From Cyclobacteriaceae bacterium (GTDB lineage: Bacteria; Bacteroidota; Bacteroidia; Cytophagales; Cyclobacteriaceae), in the NCBI GenBank assembly GCA_049430945.1, contig JBMTCO010000005.1, positions 1,001-65,000 on the forward strand: a stretch of DNA of 64,000 bases. Reading direction: 5' to 3'. The notes beneath the pieces were generated by a model. It was not told the DNA's origin. It saw only the letters and a program-made list of their open reading frames with translations, and made no database searches. A program made the translations under genes and the position numbers. Positions 27,934 to 37,225 of this stretch are shown piece by piece (position 1 is the first letter of the stretch; every line of letters starts with the position of its first letter).

Positions 27934-29991
27934 TCAGGCTGCTTTAATTCTTGTTTCCTGTTTCGGGAATTTTGCAGTCACAACTGACTGACCCTTTAGT
28001 GCTGACTTAAGCGCTGACCTGTAAAAATTGCTGCGGGGATTTTCCGATAATGCTTCCGGATCAATTCCTGAACCATACTCCAGGGCCATTTCTCTGAGCA
28101 TAGCACTTTCAATTACCGGATGATCAGATAAATACCCGGAGAGGTGCAGCAACCATTTTTTTTGTGACTGAAGGTATGCTTTAGCGGATTCATAGGCCTC
28201 CTGCAGCCAGGTCGCTGCAATATTCCGTTGTTGTTCGGTGGGCGGAAGGCCGGCATTTGCATGACTCATAGGAAACTCAAAAAATCCGGGCACCTCACCC
28301 ATACCGGACTCAAGCAACATTTCATTAACAAGCCTGGTGGCATTCCGCAAATCGGATCCGGCTCCAAGCGTAATATTTTCCTTCCCGAAAATAATTTCTT
28401 CTGCTGCCAGGCCGCCCATCAATGCAATCAGTCTTAGTTTAAGTTCTCTGAATGAAAGACATCGCTCTGGGTTTTCGTTCCTGGTGAATCCTGCCATATG
28501 TATTTCCGATGTAACAGAATGCACACTTACCGGCACACGATACATCATTCCGATTGAAATTACAGCATGACCGGATTCATGGACTGCTGTAACCGTCTGA
28601 AGCTCATCTTTCCTCGGTTTGCGGAGTTTGTGTACAGATAAACCTAATTCCTCCTCCATCCTGACCATTCTACCTTTTTTACTGCGGAAGTTTTTTACCA
28701 AATGCGTTCCGGTCCAGCTCAGCTCCACAATAGTTAAATCCAGTCCAAGACGGAACCGTTCCACCATAATTTTTCCTGCCTGTGATCCGATGAGTTCATG
28801 GATGGTGGTGAACAGCGGACGAACGCCCTGCGTGGGAAATACGCCTTCACTGAATATCAATTGATGGATAGAGCTGTCAATTTCAAGTTTTACGCCTTCC
28901 TCAAGTGCGCGATTCGAAATTTTTAACAGTTCTGCACTGATAAGTTTTCTGAAAGACTCCGAACTGAAGGCAGGGTAGATCAAGTGACATGAACCCAGCC
29001 GTGCAATCTGCTCAGGCCTGAAACGGCGTGTAAGGGCAGTTCTGATAGTATTGATGTTTATTTCAAGACTCTGCCGGTGAAAATCATCCGGAGAAATATC
29101 CAGGTTCAGGTCATGACTCATCGGGAAAGCCTCATCCAGGTTGCCCATCACAAAAACCAGTCCTTTGCTGCAATCCATAATCTGCTGACCAAGAGAGTCC
29201 TTATAAGTTTTATGTAGGAACTGCAACAGCTCCGCGCCATTAAGTGTATTGATGTGTTTTTCCAGTTCATAAACTGTCTTAAACTTTCCGAGTGTGATTT
29301 CATAAATCTCTTCAAGACTCCATGCCGGTATGGCTCTTATTGCCTTATTGTCATGATGCTTTTCAAATTCCTCCCTCGGTATAAAAGCATGCTGAAAACG
29401 TTTCAGCACCTCGATGTACAATTCATGACCTTCTGTAACAATACCCTTCTCAATGCCGGCGCCATTGGCAAGGGCCGTGGATAATAAATGAATAAGCTGA
29501 AATACGCTGCTTTGTGCGTAACAATTTAGCGTTGTGACCAGTTGCCCGTTATCAAGAATGTCCCAGACATTTCTGATAAAACCTTTATCAATTTCATCAT
29601 CAGATGAATTAATTGTTCGGGCAAGCTGGAATTCATCAAAGGCTATGACCAGGGGCACTCCATTATGGTGAGGATAGAGGTTTTGTAAACCTTTTTTGAT
29701 GGTGTGCTCTTTGTCGTATGCTTCTCCAAGATCAAATTTGAAATAGCGATTTTCAAATCCGATAAGCCGGACAAACCTTGATACCAGTGATGTTTTCCCT
29801 ACCCCTGTAAGACCCCACAGGTTAACAACCAGGGGCCTGTCCTGTAAGTATGGGAAAAGAAACCATGGAGTGGTCACATCAATGACGCGATCAATAACAG
29901 AGTCGATACCAATGAATTCTGATTTCAGCTGAGCTCTGACAGATTCAAACAACCGGTGTTTTTCCAGAATTTCTTCGCCTTTTATAGTCAT
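27934..29991 (-). CDS. Soluble AAA+ ATPase (ClpB D2-like) fused to M41 (FtsH-type) Zn-peptidase domain
   Basis: Walker A GLTGVGKT, Walker B IAFDE, FRPEQIARLG, GVRPL (sensor 2), then HESGH...GGLAAEEIIFG...GAGSDL. No TM segment. ATG 29991 chosen. Confidence 0.85.
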   Translation of the reverse strand: MTIKGEEILEKHRLFESVRAQLKSEFIGIDSVIDRVIDVTTPWFLFPYLQDRPLVVNLWGLTGVGKTSLVSRFVRLIGFENRYFKFDLGEAYDKEHTIKKGLQNLYPHHNGVPLVIAFDEFQLARTINSSDDEIDKGFIRNVWDILDNGQLVTTLNCYAQSSVFQLIHLLSTALANGAGIEKGIVTEGHELYIEVLKRFQHAFIPREEFEKHHDNKAIRAIPAWSLEEIYEITLGKFKTVYELEKHINTLNGAELLQFLHKTYKDSLGQQIMDCSKGLVFVMGNLDEAFPMSHDLNLDISPDDFHRQSLEININTIRTALTRRFRPEQIARLGSCHLIYPAFSSESFRKLISAELLKISNRALEEGVKLEIDSSIHQLIFSEGVFPTQGVRPLFTTIHELIGSQAGKIMVERFRLGLDLTIVELSWTGTHLVKNFRSKKGRMVRMEEELGLSVHKLRKPRKDELQTVTAVHESGHAVISIGMMYRVPVSVHSVTSEIHMAGFTRNENPERCLSFRELKLRLIALMGGLAAEEIIFGKENITLGAGSDLRNATRLVNEMLLESGMGEVPGFFEFPMSHANAGLPPTEQQRNIAATWLQEAYESAKAYLQSQKKWLLHLSGYLSDHPVIESAMLREMALEYGSGIDPEALSENPRSNFYRSALKSALKGQSVVTAKFPKQETRIKAA

Positions 29992-30017
29992 ATACAGGAT
30001 TTGAGGTAACTGGGATG

Positions 30018-30052
30018 CGAAAATAGGCTGAAGCATTGTAGCCTAATTACAA
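30018..30052 (-). promoter_or_regulatory. Operator TTGTA-GCCTAAT-TACAA (30036-30052) plus -7-like box TATTTTCG (30018-30025)
   Basis: Perfect palindrome exactly 10 nt upstream of the -7-like box, in front of the AAA-M41 gene. Confidence 0.75.
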
Positions 30053-30106
30053 CGGGGTAAAGCGATTCAGTTTGACCTAAACCTTCAAAATCACGCTAAA
30101 ATTGAA

Positions 30107-30137
30107 TTTGCACAATCAAAAAATGGGTATAAATTTG
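30107..30137 (+). promoter_or_regulatory. Bacteroidota sigma-70 promoter for tRNA-Val (-33 TTTG, -7 TAAATTTG)
   Basis: TTTG at 30107-30110, a 19-nt spacer, then TAAATTTG at 30130-30137 followed by GC-rich CGCTCC. Confidence 0.75.
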
Positions 30138-30225
30138 CGCTCCTCTTTTGAGGATAGCCTAACAAGACACTTAAGGATATCCGATTTATTTCTTCGGAAA
30201 CAGGCAGTCAGGTTAGGGTAAAATT

Positions 30226-30300
30226 GGGAGCTTAGCTCAGCTGGTTCAGAGCATCTGCCTTACAAGCAGAGGGTCGGGGGTTCGAACCCCTCAGCTCCCA
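30226..30300 (+). tRNA. tRNA-Val (anticodon TAC); CCA not encoded
   Basis: Acceptor stem GGGAGCT/AGCTCCC, D-arm AGCTCAGCTGGTTCAGAGC, anticodon arm TCTGC-CTTACAA-GCAGA, T-loop GGTTCGAACCC. Confidence 0.97.
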
Positions 30301-30319
30301 CTCTTATACTTCATTTCAA

Positions 30320-30354
30320 CTGTTTAATCCCCTTTCAGGGATTTACATAAACAG
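30320..30354. terminator. Hairpin between tRNA-Val and the convergent recB
   Basis: CTGTTTA-ATCCC-CTTTCA-GGGAT-TTACA-TAAACAG imperfect stem-loop. Confidence 0.55.
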
Positions 30355-30468
30355 GTCTCCAAAAATTTTTATTTCTACAACCTTATACCCGTAAAGGTAT
30401 TTTCAAATTCTTTTGACTGAATTCAAATTGCCGGTTATGATTTTTTTAGACCTGAGAATTCACTCTAC

Positions 30469-33400
30469 CTATGCCAAAGCTTTATCACCGCGAAATAAAG
30501 CATCCATTCCTTCAATAACCTTACGGTCAGGCATTGAGTAGAAAATACCTTCTCTTCTGCCACGGCGCACGCCTCTGACAAATAAATAAATAACTCCTCC
30601 AAACTGACTGTCGTAATCAAACCCGGGAATGCGGCTCTGCAAATATCTCATGGCCGCCAGAGTATATAAATGATACTGCAGATTATAATTATTCTCTGCC
30701 ATGGCCATGTTCAGCTGTTCTTCAGAATAATCTTCAACACGGTCACCGAGGTAGTTTGACTTCCAGTCGAGGATGTAAAACTTGCCTTCCCACTCAAAAA
30801 ATAAATCCATCAGACCATTCATAATTCCTTCCAGTTCGGAGCGGCTGCCCATTCCATCTTCATCTGTCAGCGCGACTTTGAAAGGAGCATGTGCTGGCGC
30901 AAGGCTCTGCAGCTCTGAAACCTGAAATGGTTTCAGATCAAGATCAAATTCAAGTTCAGCCATACGATTTGTACGATCAAGTTCTGAAAGCCTGAAGGTG
31001 CCGTCCGGCAAAAGCTGAGTCTCAAGGATTTCTTTTACCATAATGGTTAATGAAGACTCAAAGGAATCAGAAGCACCGGAATCTGCGGAGTTTCGTACCT
31101 GAAAGCGCTTGACCATTTTACTTACCACCGCATCCCATCCATGCGGAGCTGTGAAGTTGACATTTTCAAAAATGGCATGCAGCATATTTCCTGTTACGGC
31201 TCCTTTACGCAGTCTGCGGAAAACAAAATGGTCGTATGCCGTCATGTCCGTACGCTGACTAACCGGAATAGCAACCGGCGTATGATCCGGCGTCAGCCTC
31301 GTGAAGCTTGCACGCCTCCAGTTTTTCTCCCGGAGTTCAAAAATACCTGCGTTTTTATAAACAGCTGTCTGAACCTGCTCAGGAGCAGCCTGCCCCGCAA
31401 GAAGGTTTGAAGGCGGTGTCCATAAACGGATAAGACTATTTTCAGGGCTTTCCAGTTCAAGCTTGGAAAAGAAGCGTCCAAGGAATTCGGCCCCGGAATT
31501 ATATTTTTTATCAGTGAGAATAAAACATTGTTGTTTGGCCCTGGTCAATGCCACATAAAGAAGTCTCAGATTTTCTCGTTCCTGTTGCAGACGATACAAT
31601 TCCATTTTATCCGGATATCCTTCCAGTGTAATTTTATTTATCGTAACATAATCTCCCTGCTCGGTTTGGAATTCAGCAGTTTTATGTTTTGACTGTGAGA
31701 CAGGTTCAAGCTGAGGACAAATTACAATAGGGTATTCAAGTCCCTTTGATTTATGGATGGTTACAATTTTAACGGCATCTTCGTCGCTTTCAATGCGCTG
31801 GATATATTCATCCCCTTCAGGAGTTTCTCCTTCAGTACCCCGCTGAAGCCATTGCACCTGTTCTGCCATGTCATAGCTTTTTCGTACTGAAATTCTGTGA
31901 ATCAGGTCAACCAGTTGCAGCAAATTGGCAACAGAGCGCTCAGCATTTTTTACTCCGGCTTCGTAAAAACGGCTATGGACCTTATGATCTGCCATAAACT
32001 GCTGGAGCATCACATAAACACCCTTTGATTTCCAGGCTTCCTGATATCTGCGAAACCTGGCAATCAGATCTTCACTGTTTGACCTGCTCAGTTGCTCAAT
32101 TGAGTAACCGGCAATATTTGTCAGCAACGCACGGTTCACTTTACTTACTGTCAGTTCATGAATTCCGGACAGTACATAAAATAATTCCAAAGCCTCAGGT
32201 GATTCAAGTATTCCGCTGTCATCCACTGTAACTGAAGGTATCCGGGCGGCAGCAAGCTGCTTTTTTATTTCTTGGCCTTTTGAATTCGTCCTTACCAGAA
32301 TTCCGATATCTGAGAATTTAATATCATTCGGAACACCATTTTTAAGCAGTTTATATTCTCCGGACCAAACCAAATGACTGACCAGGACAGCCAGCGAATT
32401 AATCCGATGGTCAACCTTAGGGTGTGATGATACAAGAACCGGCGCTATATTTTCTCCGTTTCTGGTAAGAATCGCTTTATCGTTTGGAACAGGTGATTTG
32501 ACCTTCATATACTTAAGGTCATTGCCATATCTGAATGTATCAAAGGGACCTCCCTCCTGTTCAGGCAGAAAAAATTTGTTCATTGCATCAATGAGCCTGG
32601 TATTGGAGCGGAAATTCGTATTCATGTAATGTAATGTGTGAACTTCCGATACAGCTTTGAAGTAAGTACTAAGATCCGCCTTTCTCCAGCCATAGATGGA
32701 TTGCTTTGGATCGCCGATGAAATACAAATAGTGCTCTGCTCCGAAGAGCTCTTTAAAAATCCCGTACTGATCGGCATCTGTATCCTGAAACTCATCAATG
32801 AACACAGCATGAAATCTTTCGCGGAGCCGGTTTCGAAGCTCATCCCTCTGTGTCCCTTCCGTAACAGCCTTTCGGACCTGTATGATCAGGTCATCAAATG
32901 TTTTTGAAAGCCTGCGGTCTTTTTCTTTTCCAATCAGGTCAGCAATTGAAGCCATGGCATCGCCTGCAATTTGCTGACACAGGATTCTAAGGCCTGCCTG
33001 TTGTGCATTACACTTGGCAAGGTAGGCTCTCATTTCATTGACAGCAGGGCCGAACACACACTTGTCTCTGATATAGTTTACTTCCTGTTTCAGACTCAAA
33101 GTTTCTGTTAAAGAATCCCATAATTCTCTTTCAAAGTGAACTTTGAAAGCCTTTGATGCGTTTGTGTTATCCTCAAATAACTGCAGAATCGTCTCTTTGT
33201 GATTTTTACATGCTTGAATAAAAGCATTCTTCAAATCTTCCGTCTCCCTTAAAATCTGTAAAATTCTGTTCTGATGCGTCTGCTCCAAAAAATCCTCAAC
33301 AAGCGCTTCCGGATTAAATGGTTTCTTGCCGGAAAGCCCTGACTTGACCATTTTAAAAATCACGGTTCGCTCCATACTGAAATTTATAGGATCCTCATTG

Positions 33401-33975
33401 GGCCTAATAACTGCATGTTCTCGCAACAAGGCTGTCAAAATATCAGGATGAAGGGTGGCAATTTTACTCCGCCAGTAATCATTCAGGTGGTCATCAATAA
33501 GTATCTGATAATCGTCTTCTGACAACATGCCTGTGCCAAAAGCCTGCATGGTCTCAAACGAGAATTCCTGAAGAACACGCTGGCAAAAACTATGAATGGT
33601 CAGCACAGCAGTCTCGTCCAACAAGGCTACAGCATTTTCAAGCTTTTTAATCACCTCCTCCTGTGAAGTGGCATTTATCCGGGCAGAGATGATGTTCTTA
33701 ATATTTACATCGGCATCTGCCGCATTGAGGTCGCGTGCGATCTCCAGGGCCTGCCTCACAAAAGAGCGCACACGCAATTCAAGTTCTGCCACAGCAGCAC
33801 GCGTGAAAGTCACCATCAGGATCTTATTTACCGGAATATTTTTTTCCAATAGCAAACGCAGCGTAAGGATGGCAATGGAATATGTTTTTCCTGTACCTGC
33901 AGATGCTTCAACCGCCTGTGGTTGTTGGATGACATCAACAGTTACAGCTTCAAAATTTTCATTAATAATGGGCAT
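30469..33975 (-). CDS. recB: Exodeoxyribonuclease V beta subunit (helicase + nuclease)
   Basis: EASAGTGKTYSI, TFTRAAVAEL, DEFQDTD, IGDPKQSIYGWR, TIHKSKGLEY, RLLYVALTRA, and nuclease motifs MDL...ILDWKSN and YNLQYHLY. ATG 33975. Confidence 0.93.
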   Translation of the reverse strand: MPIINENFEAVTVDVIQQPQAVEASAGTGKTYSIAILTLRLLLEKNIPVNKILMVTFTRAAVAELELRVRSFVRQALEIARDLNAADADVNIKNIISARINATSQEEVIKKLENAVALLDETAVLTIHSFCQRVLQEFSFETMQAFGTGMLSEDDYQILIDDHLNDYWRSKIATLHPDILTALLREHAVIRPNEDPINFSMERTVIFKMVKSGLSGKKPFNPEALVEDFLEQTHQNRILQILRETEDLKNAFIQACKNHKETILQLFEDNTNASKAFKVHFERELWDSLTETLSLKQEVNYIRDKCVFGPAVNEMRAYLAKCNAQQAGLRILCQQIAGDAMASIADLIGKEKDRRLSKTFDDLIIQVRKAVTEGTQRDELRNRLRERFHAVFIDEFQDTDADQYGIFKELFGAEHYLYFIGDPKQSIYGWRKADLSTYFKAVSEVHTLHYMNTNFRSNTRLIDAMNKFFLPEQEGGPFDTFRYGNDLKYMKVKSPVPNDKAILTRNGENIAPVLVSSHPKVDHRINSLAVLVSHLVWSGEYKLLKNGVPNDIKFSDIGILVRTNSKGQEIKKQLAAARIPSVTVDDSGILESPEALELFYVLSGIHELTVSKVNRALLTNIAGYSIEQLSRSNSEDLIARFRRYQEAWKSKGVYVMLQQFMADHKVHSRFYEAGVKNAERSVANLLQLVDLIHRISVRKSYDMAEQVQWLQRGTEGETPEGDEYIQRIESDEDAVKIVTIHKSKGLEYPIVICPQLEPVSQSKHKTAEFQTEQGDYVTINKITLEGYPDKMELYRLQQERENLRLLYVALTRAKQQCFILTDKKYNSGAEFLGRFFSKLELESPENSLIRLWTPPSNLLAGQAAPEQVQTAVYKNAGIFELREKNWRRASFTRLTPDHTPVAIPVSQRTDMTAYDHFVFRRLRKGAVTGNMLHAIFENVNFTAPHGWDAVVSKMVKRFQVRNSADSGASDSFESSLTIMVKEILETQLLPDGTFRLSELDRTNRMAELEFDLDLKPFQVSELQSLAPAHAPFKVALTDEDGMGSRSELEGIMNGLMDLFFEWEGKFYILDWKSNYLGDRVEDYSEEQLNMAMAENNYNLQYHLYTLAAMRYLQSRIPGFDYDSQFGGVIYLFVRGVRRGRREGIFYSMPDRKVIEGMDALFRGDKALA

Positions 33976-33979
33976 AGAC

Positions 33980-36900
33980 TTATTTAATTGTACCGGGGAA
34001 AAATTCATTTATTAACCGGGTCATTTCCTGAGTATTTTCTTTAAGTATTTCAAAAGTATCTTCTGAAACAAAATCCTGTTCACAGGCTTTCAGGAAATAA
34101 TCATCTCTTAAGGGGTGTGAATCTGCAGAGCGGGCTTTTTCAATCTCTTCAAGCAAATCGGACAATTCCTTACCATTTTTAAATTTACCTATCAGTCCAT
34201 GGAAGAAGTAGAAAAAATTATTTAATCCACCCTTATAATATTCAATGAGCTTTTGCAATTTCTCCTTCGCTCCTTCAGGAGAAATTTTTTCAGGACCACA
34301 AACACTTGCTTCTCCTTTATAATTAATAAATACAAACTCAACGGGTAAACCTGAAGCTACAAGGCCCAGGTAATAAACAATACCACTGAGCATGTGCTTA
34401 TGAGCTGACTTTGAAAAAGTCCACCTCACCATTCGGAGCTTATTTCCGGAATTCAGAATGTCAGCAACCTGACCTTTCAACTGAATGGTTTCATAATCCA
34501 CCTTCACATTCTGCGGACCGGACTCCCATCCATCCGTCCACATTTTTATTTCATAGCGCAAAGGTTCAAGTTCTGCTCTTAAAATACGGGCAGTTGCCTT
34601 GCCGAGATTATGAAGCGGCAGTTTACCGTTATCAGATTGCATTTTGACAATCGCGTCGAAATCACTGTCCTGCATCCGAATCAGCTTATCTGACAATTCC
34701 CGTTCGTCAAAAAATTCAAGCTCAAAGGGTTCATGATCCTTAAGAATCACTTCATCTTCTCTGTACCAGATATCAAAAAACTTAGTGAGAAATGTTTTGG
34801 GAGGGTTTTCGAGGAAATGAGCAATTTCCTGAATGCCTACAATTGCAGAATCAGTCAAAGGAGACTTCCTTGTTTCTCCGATTCTTATATCGATGCGCGA
34901 ACGAAAGCGATCCGGTGACAGATAACTGGTGAGGCCGTGAGGACCATAACGTTTACTAAAACCATGAAGCGGATGAATCGTAACCCAGTCGGCAGTCAGT
35001 TTATCAGGATTTTTCTTTTGAGCTCTTGCTACAAACCCAATCAGTTCATCAACCAGAATACTGGGTGGTAGCACAGCCCCATCTTTCTCACTTCGTGCCT
35101 GGAAGCTGATGTAAAGTTTTTCCTGCGCTGATAATACGGTTTCAAGGAATAAGTGCTTGTCGTTGGCCTTAACGTTCCGGTCTCCTTTTTTATGTTTAGA
35201 AAGCAAACTGAAATTCACCGGTGTTTCCTTGCGTGGAAAGGCTTCAAAGTTCATTCCGAGCATGGCCACAACACGAAACGGAATACTGCGCATAGGAAGC
35301 AGCGAGCAGAATGTTATTCCCTTCGCTGCAAACTGGGTACTGCGTCGTTCCACAGAAAGCTTACTGAGGAAACTGGTTCTGAAAACATCAAAAGGAATGG
35401 CAACCTGCGCGGCTTCCTTCATATCAGTGAGCTGCTCAATCAGACTGATAAACCTTGGATAGTCCTCATCATCCCTTTCGCCTGCCTGAAATACCATATC
35501 CTCAAGTAATTCCTTCAGGTAATCTGCCCAGCCTGCAAGTGTTCTTGGCGTGGCACGCATCTCAATTTTATCACGAAGGACTCGTAAAAAATAAGCAAGT
35601 CTGATGCGATCCAGTCCTCCGGCTCCTTCTTCCGTATCAAGAACAGGAACCAAATCAACGCCATCGGAATAGGATGCATCTCCTTCGGGCTGCATGCACA
35701 ACCCATAAATCATCTTTTTAAGGCCGGTGGTCCAGCTGATTTTGCGGCTGTCGTCATCGTTCGTTCCATCAAGGCCGAAAAAAACTGTAGCCTGCCTGAT
35801 GGCATTTCTGATTTCATCCAGATCATCAAACTGAAATCTGCGCCTGATGTATGGAAAATCCAGCATTCCCATGATTTCTTCTGCCTTAAAGCGCAGACCA
35901 TCGAATTCAAGGAGTGCCTTCAGAGCAGCGAAAAGATTATTTTCTGATGCAATCAGTTCATCAGCTATTGAATATCGGAATCGGTTAGCAGAGTTGCCGA
36001 AAACTGCATGTATATATGGTGCATACAAGTCAATGTCAGGCACCATCACCAGAAAATCGCGTGCAGAATAGTCTGATCCTTCTTTGTCAACCAGTGAAAC
36101 AAAATAATTGTACAGCACCTCTACTTCACGAGGAGGAGTATAGCAGCCGTTAATTATTACCGAACCATCCTTATGATCCTGCGCACCAATGGCAATTTCA
36201 TTTCCTTCCTGAAGGTCCCGGAAGGTCATATTTTTATATATGCCGTAATGAAGGCGGGCAAGAAGGTTAGTCGGATTTTCAGGCGCTACGGCCAGACTGT
36301 CATCATAGCGGTTAATCAGTTCATCATCCTGAAACAATAACCAGAAAGATTCCTTGATGATACCACCCCAGTTGAGCAGCAGATCATTTCCATGAGGTTC
36401 ATTTCCTTCAAAGAGCGGGTTTACATATTTCCCGGTAAATCGTGCAAGCTGCTTTTCTGAAAAGTAATCCAGCCAGTAAACCTCAGGCGCAGGATTAAGC
36501 AGAAACATATGGATGTCAACAAATCCGGAAAGGGCTTTAAAAATTTTCTGGAAAAATGGGGTGACTACGGCAATTCCAAAAATGTACAGGTGGGGCATCT
36601 TTTCAAGAATGCGCTCACGCACTTCAGGCTCATTTAATTTGCTGATGATCAGTCCGGCAATCTGGGTTCTGTCCTTTGCGTTGTCTCCGAAACTGTCCCG
36701 TAACTTCCTCCAGAGATATGGTTGCCAGTCTTCTGAGTTCTCAATTTCTTGGTCAGTAAGATTATTCCAGTCGGTGATGTCGTCTGAACGGTAGATCTGG
36801 TACTGATCAAACAAATCGGCAACTTTCTGCGCAAGGGTCGCCATTCGGATCACATCCCGGTCATAGTAAGACGCAACCTCAGGAAATTTTTCACGGAACG

Positions 36901-37213
36901 CCGGTGAGTCCAGAATTGAATACACTACCCAGCAGATCTCTTCTTTTGAAAATGAATCCTGTCGCTGATTAATACCTGCCGCGATCCACTCAAGTCGACT
37001 TACCACATCAGCAGGCTGGACAAATTGAATGTTGGATGCGATTCCGGTCTGAGCGGCGATGGTATTTTTGAGCCAACTGCTCATGCCGTCAGTCTGAGTA
37101 ATCACAAGCTGTGATCTCATCACACCAAGACCGTGGCTATGGGCGGCCATATCGGTACAAAGACGGCCGGCAAGCCTCTTCAGGTCATTTGAAACATGCA
37201 GTAAAAATGGCAT
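33980..37213 (-). CDS. recC: Exodeoxyribonuclease V gamma subunit
   Basis: LHVSNDL, ADLFDQYQIYR, LLNP...YW, CYTPPREVEVL, VMVPDIDLYAPYIHAVF, FCSLLPMRSIPFRVV, HPLHGFS. Confidence 0.93.
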   Translation of the reverse strand: MPFLLHVSNDLKRLAGRLCTDMAAHSHGLGVMRSQLVITQTDGMSSWLKNTIAAQTGIASNIQFVQPADVVSRLEWIAAGINQRQDSFSKEEICWVVYSILDSPAFREKFPEVASYYDRDVIRMATLAQKVADLFDQYQIYRSDDITDWNNLTDQEIENSEDWQPYLWRKLRDSFGDNAKDRTQIAGLIISKLNEPEVRERILEKMPHLYIFGIAVVTPFFQKIFKALSGFVDIHMFLLNPAPEVYWLDYFSEKQLARFTGKYVNPLFEGNEPHGNDLLLNWGGIIKESFWLLFQDDELINRYDDSLAVAPENPTNLLARLHYGIYKNMTFRDLQEGNEIAIGAQDHKDGSVIINGCYTPPREVEVLYNYFVSLVDKEGSDYSARDFLVMVPDIDLYAPYIHAVFGNSANRFRYSIADELIASENNLFAALKALLEFDGLRFKAEEIMGMLDFPYIRRRFQFDDLDEIRNAIRQATVFFGLDGTNDDDSRKISWTTGLKKMIYGLCMQPEGDASYSDGVDLVPVLDTEEGAGGLDRIRLAYFLRVLRDKIEMRATPRTLAGWADYLKELLEDMVFQAGERDDEDYPRFISLIEQLTDMKEAAQVAIPFDVFRTSFLSKLSVERRSTQFAAKGITFCSLLPMRSIPFRVVAMLGMNFEAFPRKETPVNFSLLSKHKKGDRNVKANDKHLFLETVLSAQEKLYISFQARSEKDGAVLPPSILVDELIGFVARAQKKNPDKLTADWVTIHPLHGFSKRYGPHGLTSYLSPDRFRSRIDIRIGETRKSPLTDSAIVGIQEIAHFLENPPKTFLTKFFDIWYREDEVILKDHEPFELEFFDERELSDKLIRMQDSDFDAIVKMQSDNGKLPLHNLGKATARILRAELEPLRYEIKMWTDGWESGPQNVKVDYETIQLKGQVADILNSGNKLRMVRWTFSKSAHKHMLSGIVYYLGLVASGLPVEFVFINYKGEASVCGPEKISPEGAKEKLQKLIEYYKGGLNNFFYFFHGLIGKFKNGKELSDLLEEIEKARSADSHPLRDDYFLKACEQDFVSEDTFEILKENTQEMTRLINEFFPGTIK

Positions 37214-37225
37214 TGATTATTTTTT

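Noticed and set aside
27934-29991. Annotating the AAA-M41 gene as ftsH or clpB
   Set aside because: It lacks FtsH TM helices and FtsH-type AAA motifs, and lacks the ClpB N-domain, D1 and M-domain.
30024-30045. Inverted repeat TAGGCT-N10-AGCCTA as the WYL operator
   Set aside because: It occurs only once. The overlapping TTGTA-N7-TACAA palindrome recurs at the other accessory promoters in a fixed register and explains the region better.
30375-30398. CTACAA half-site downstream of the tRNA
   Set aside because: No TTGTA partner and no -7-like box 10 nt downstream.
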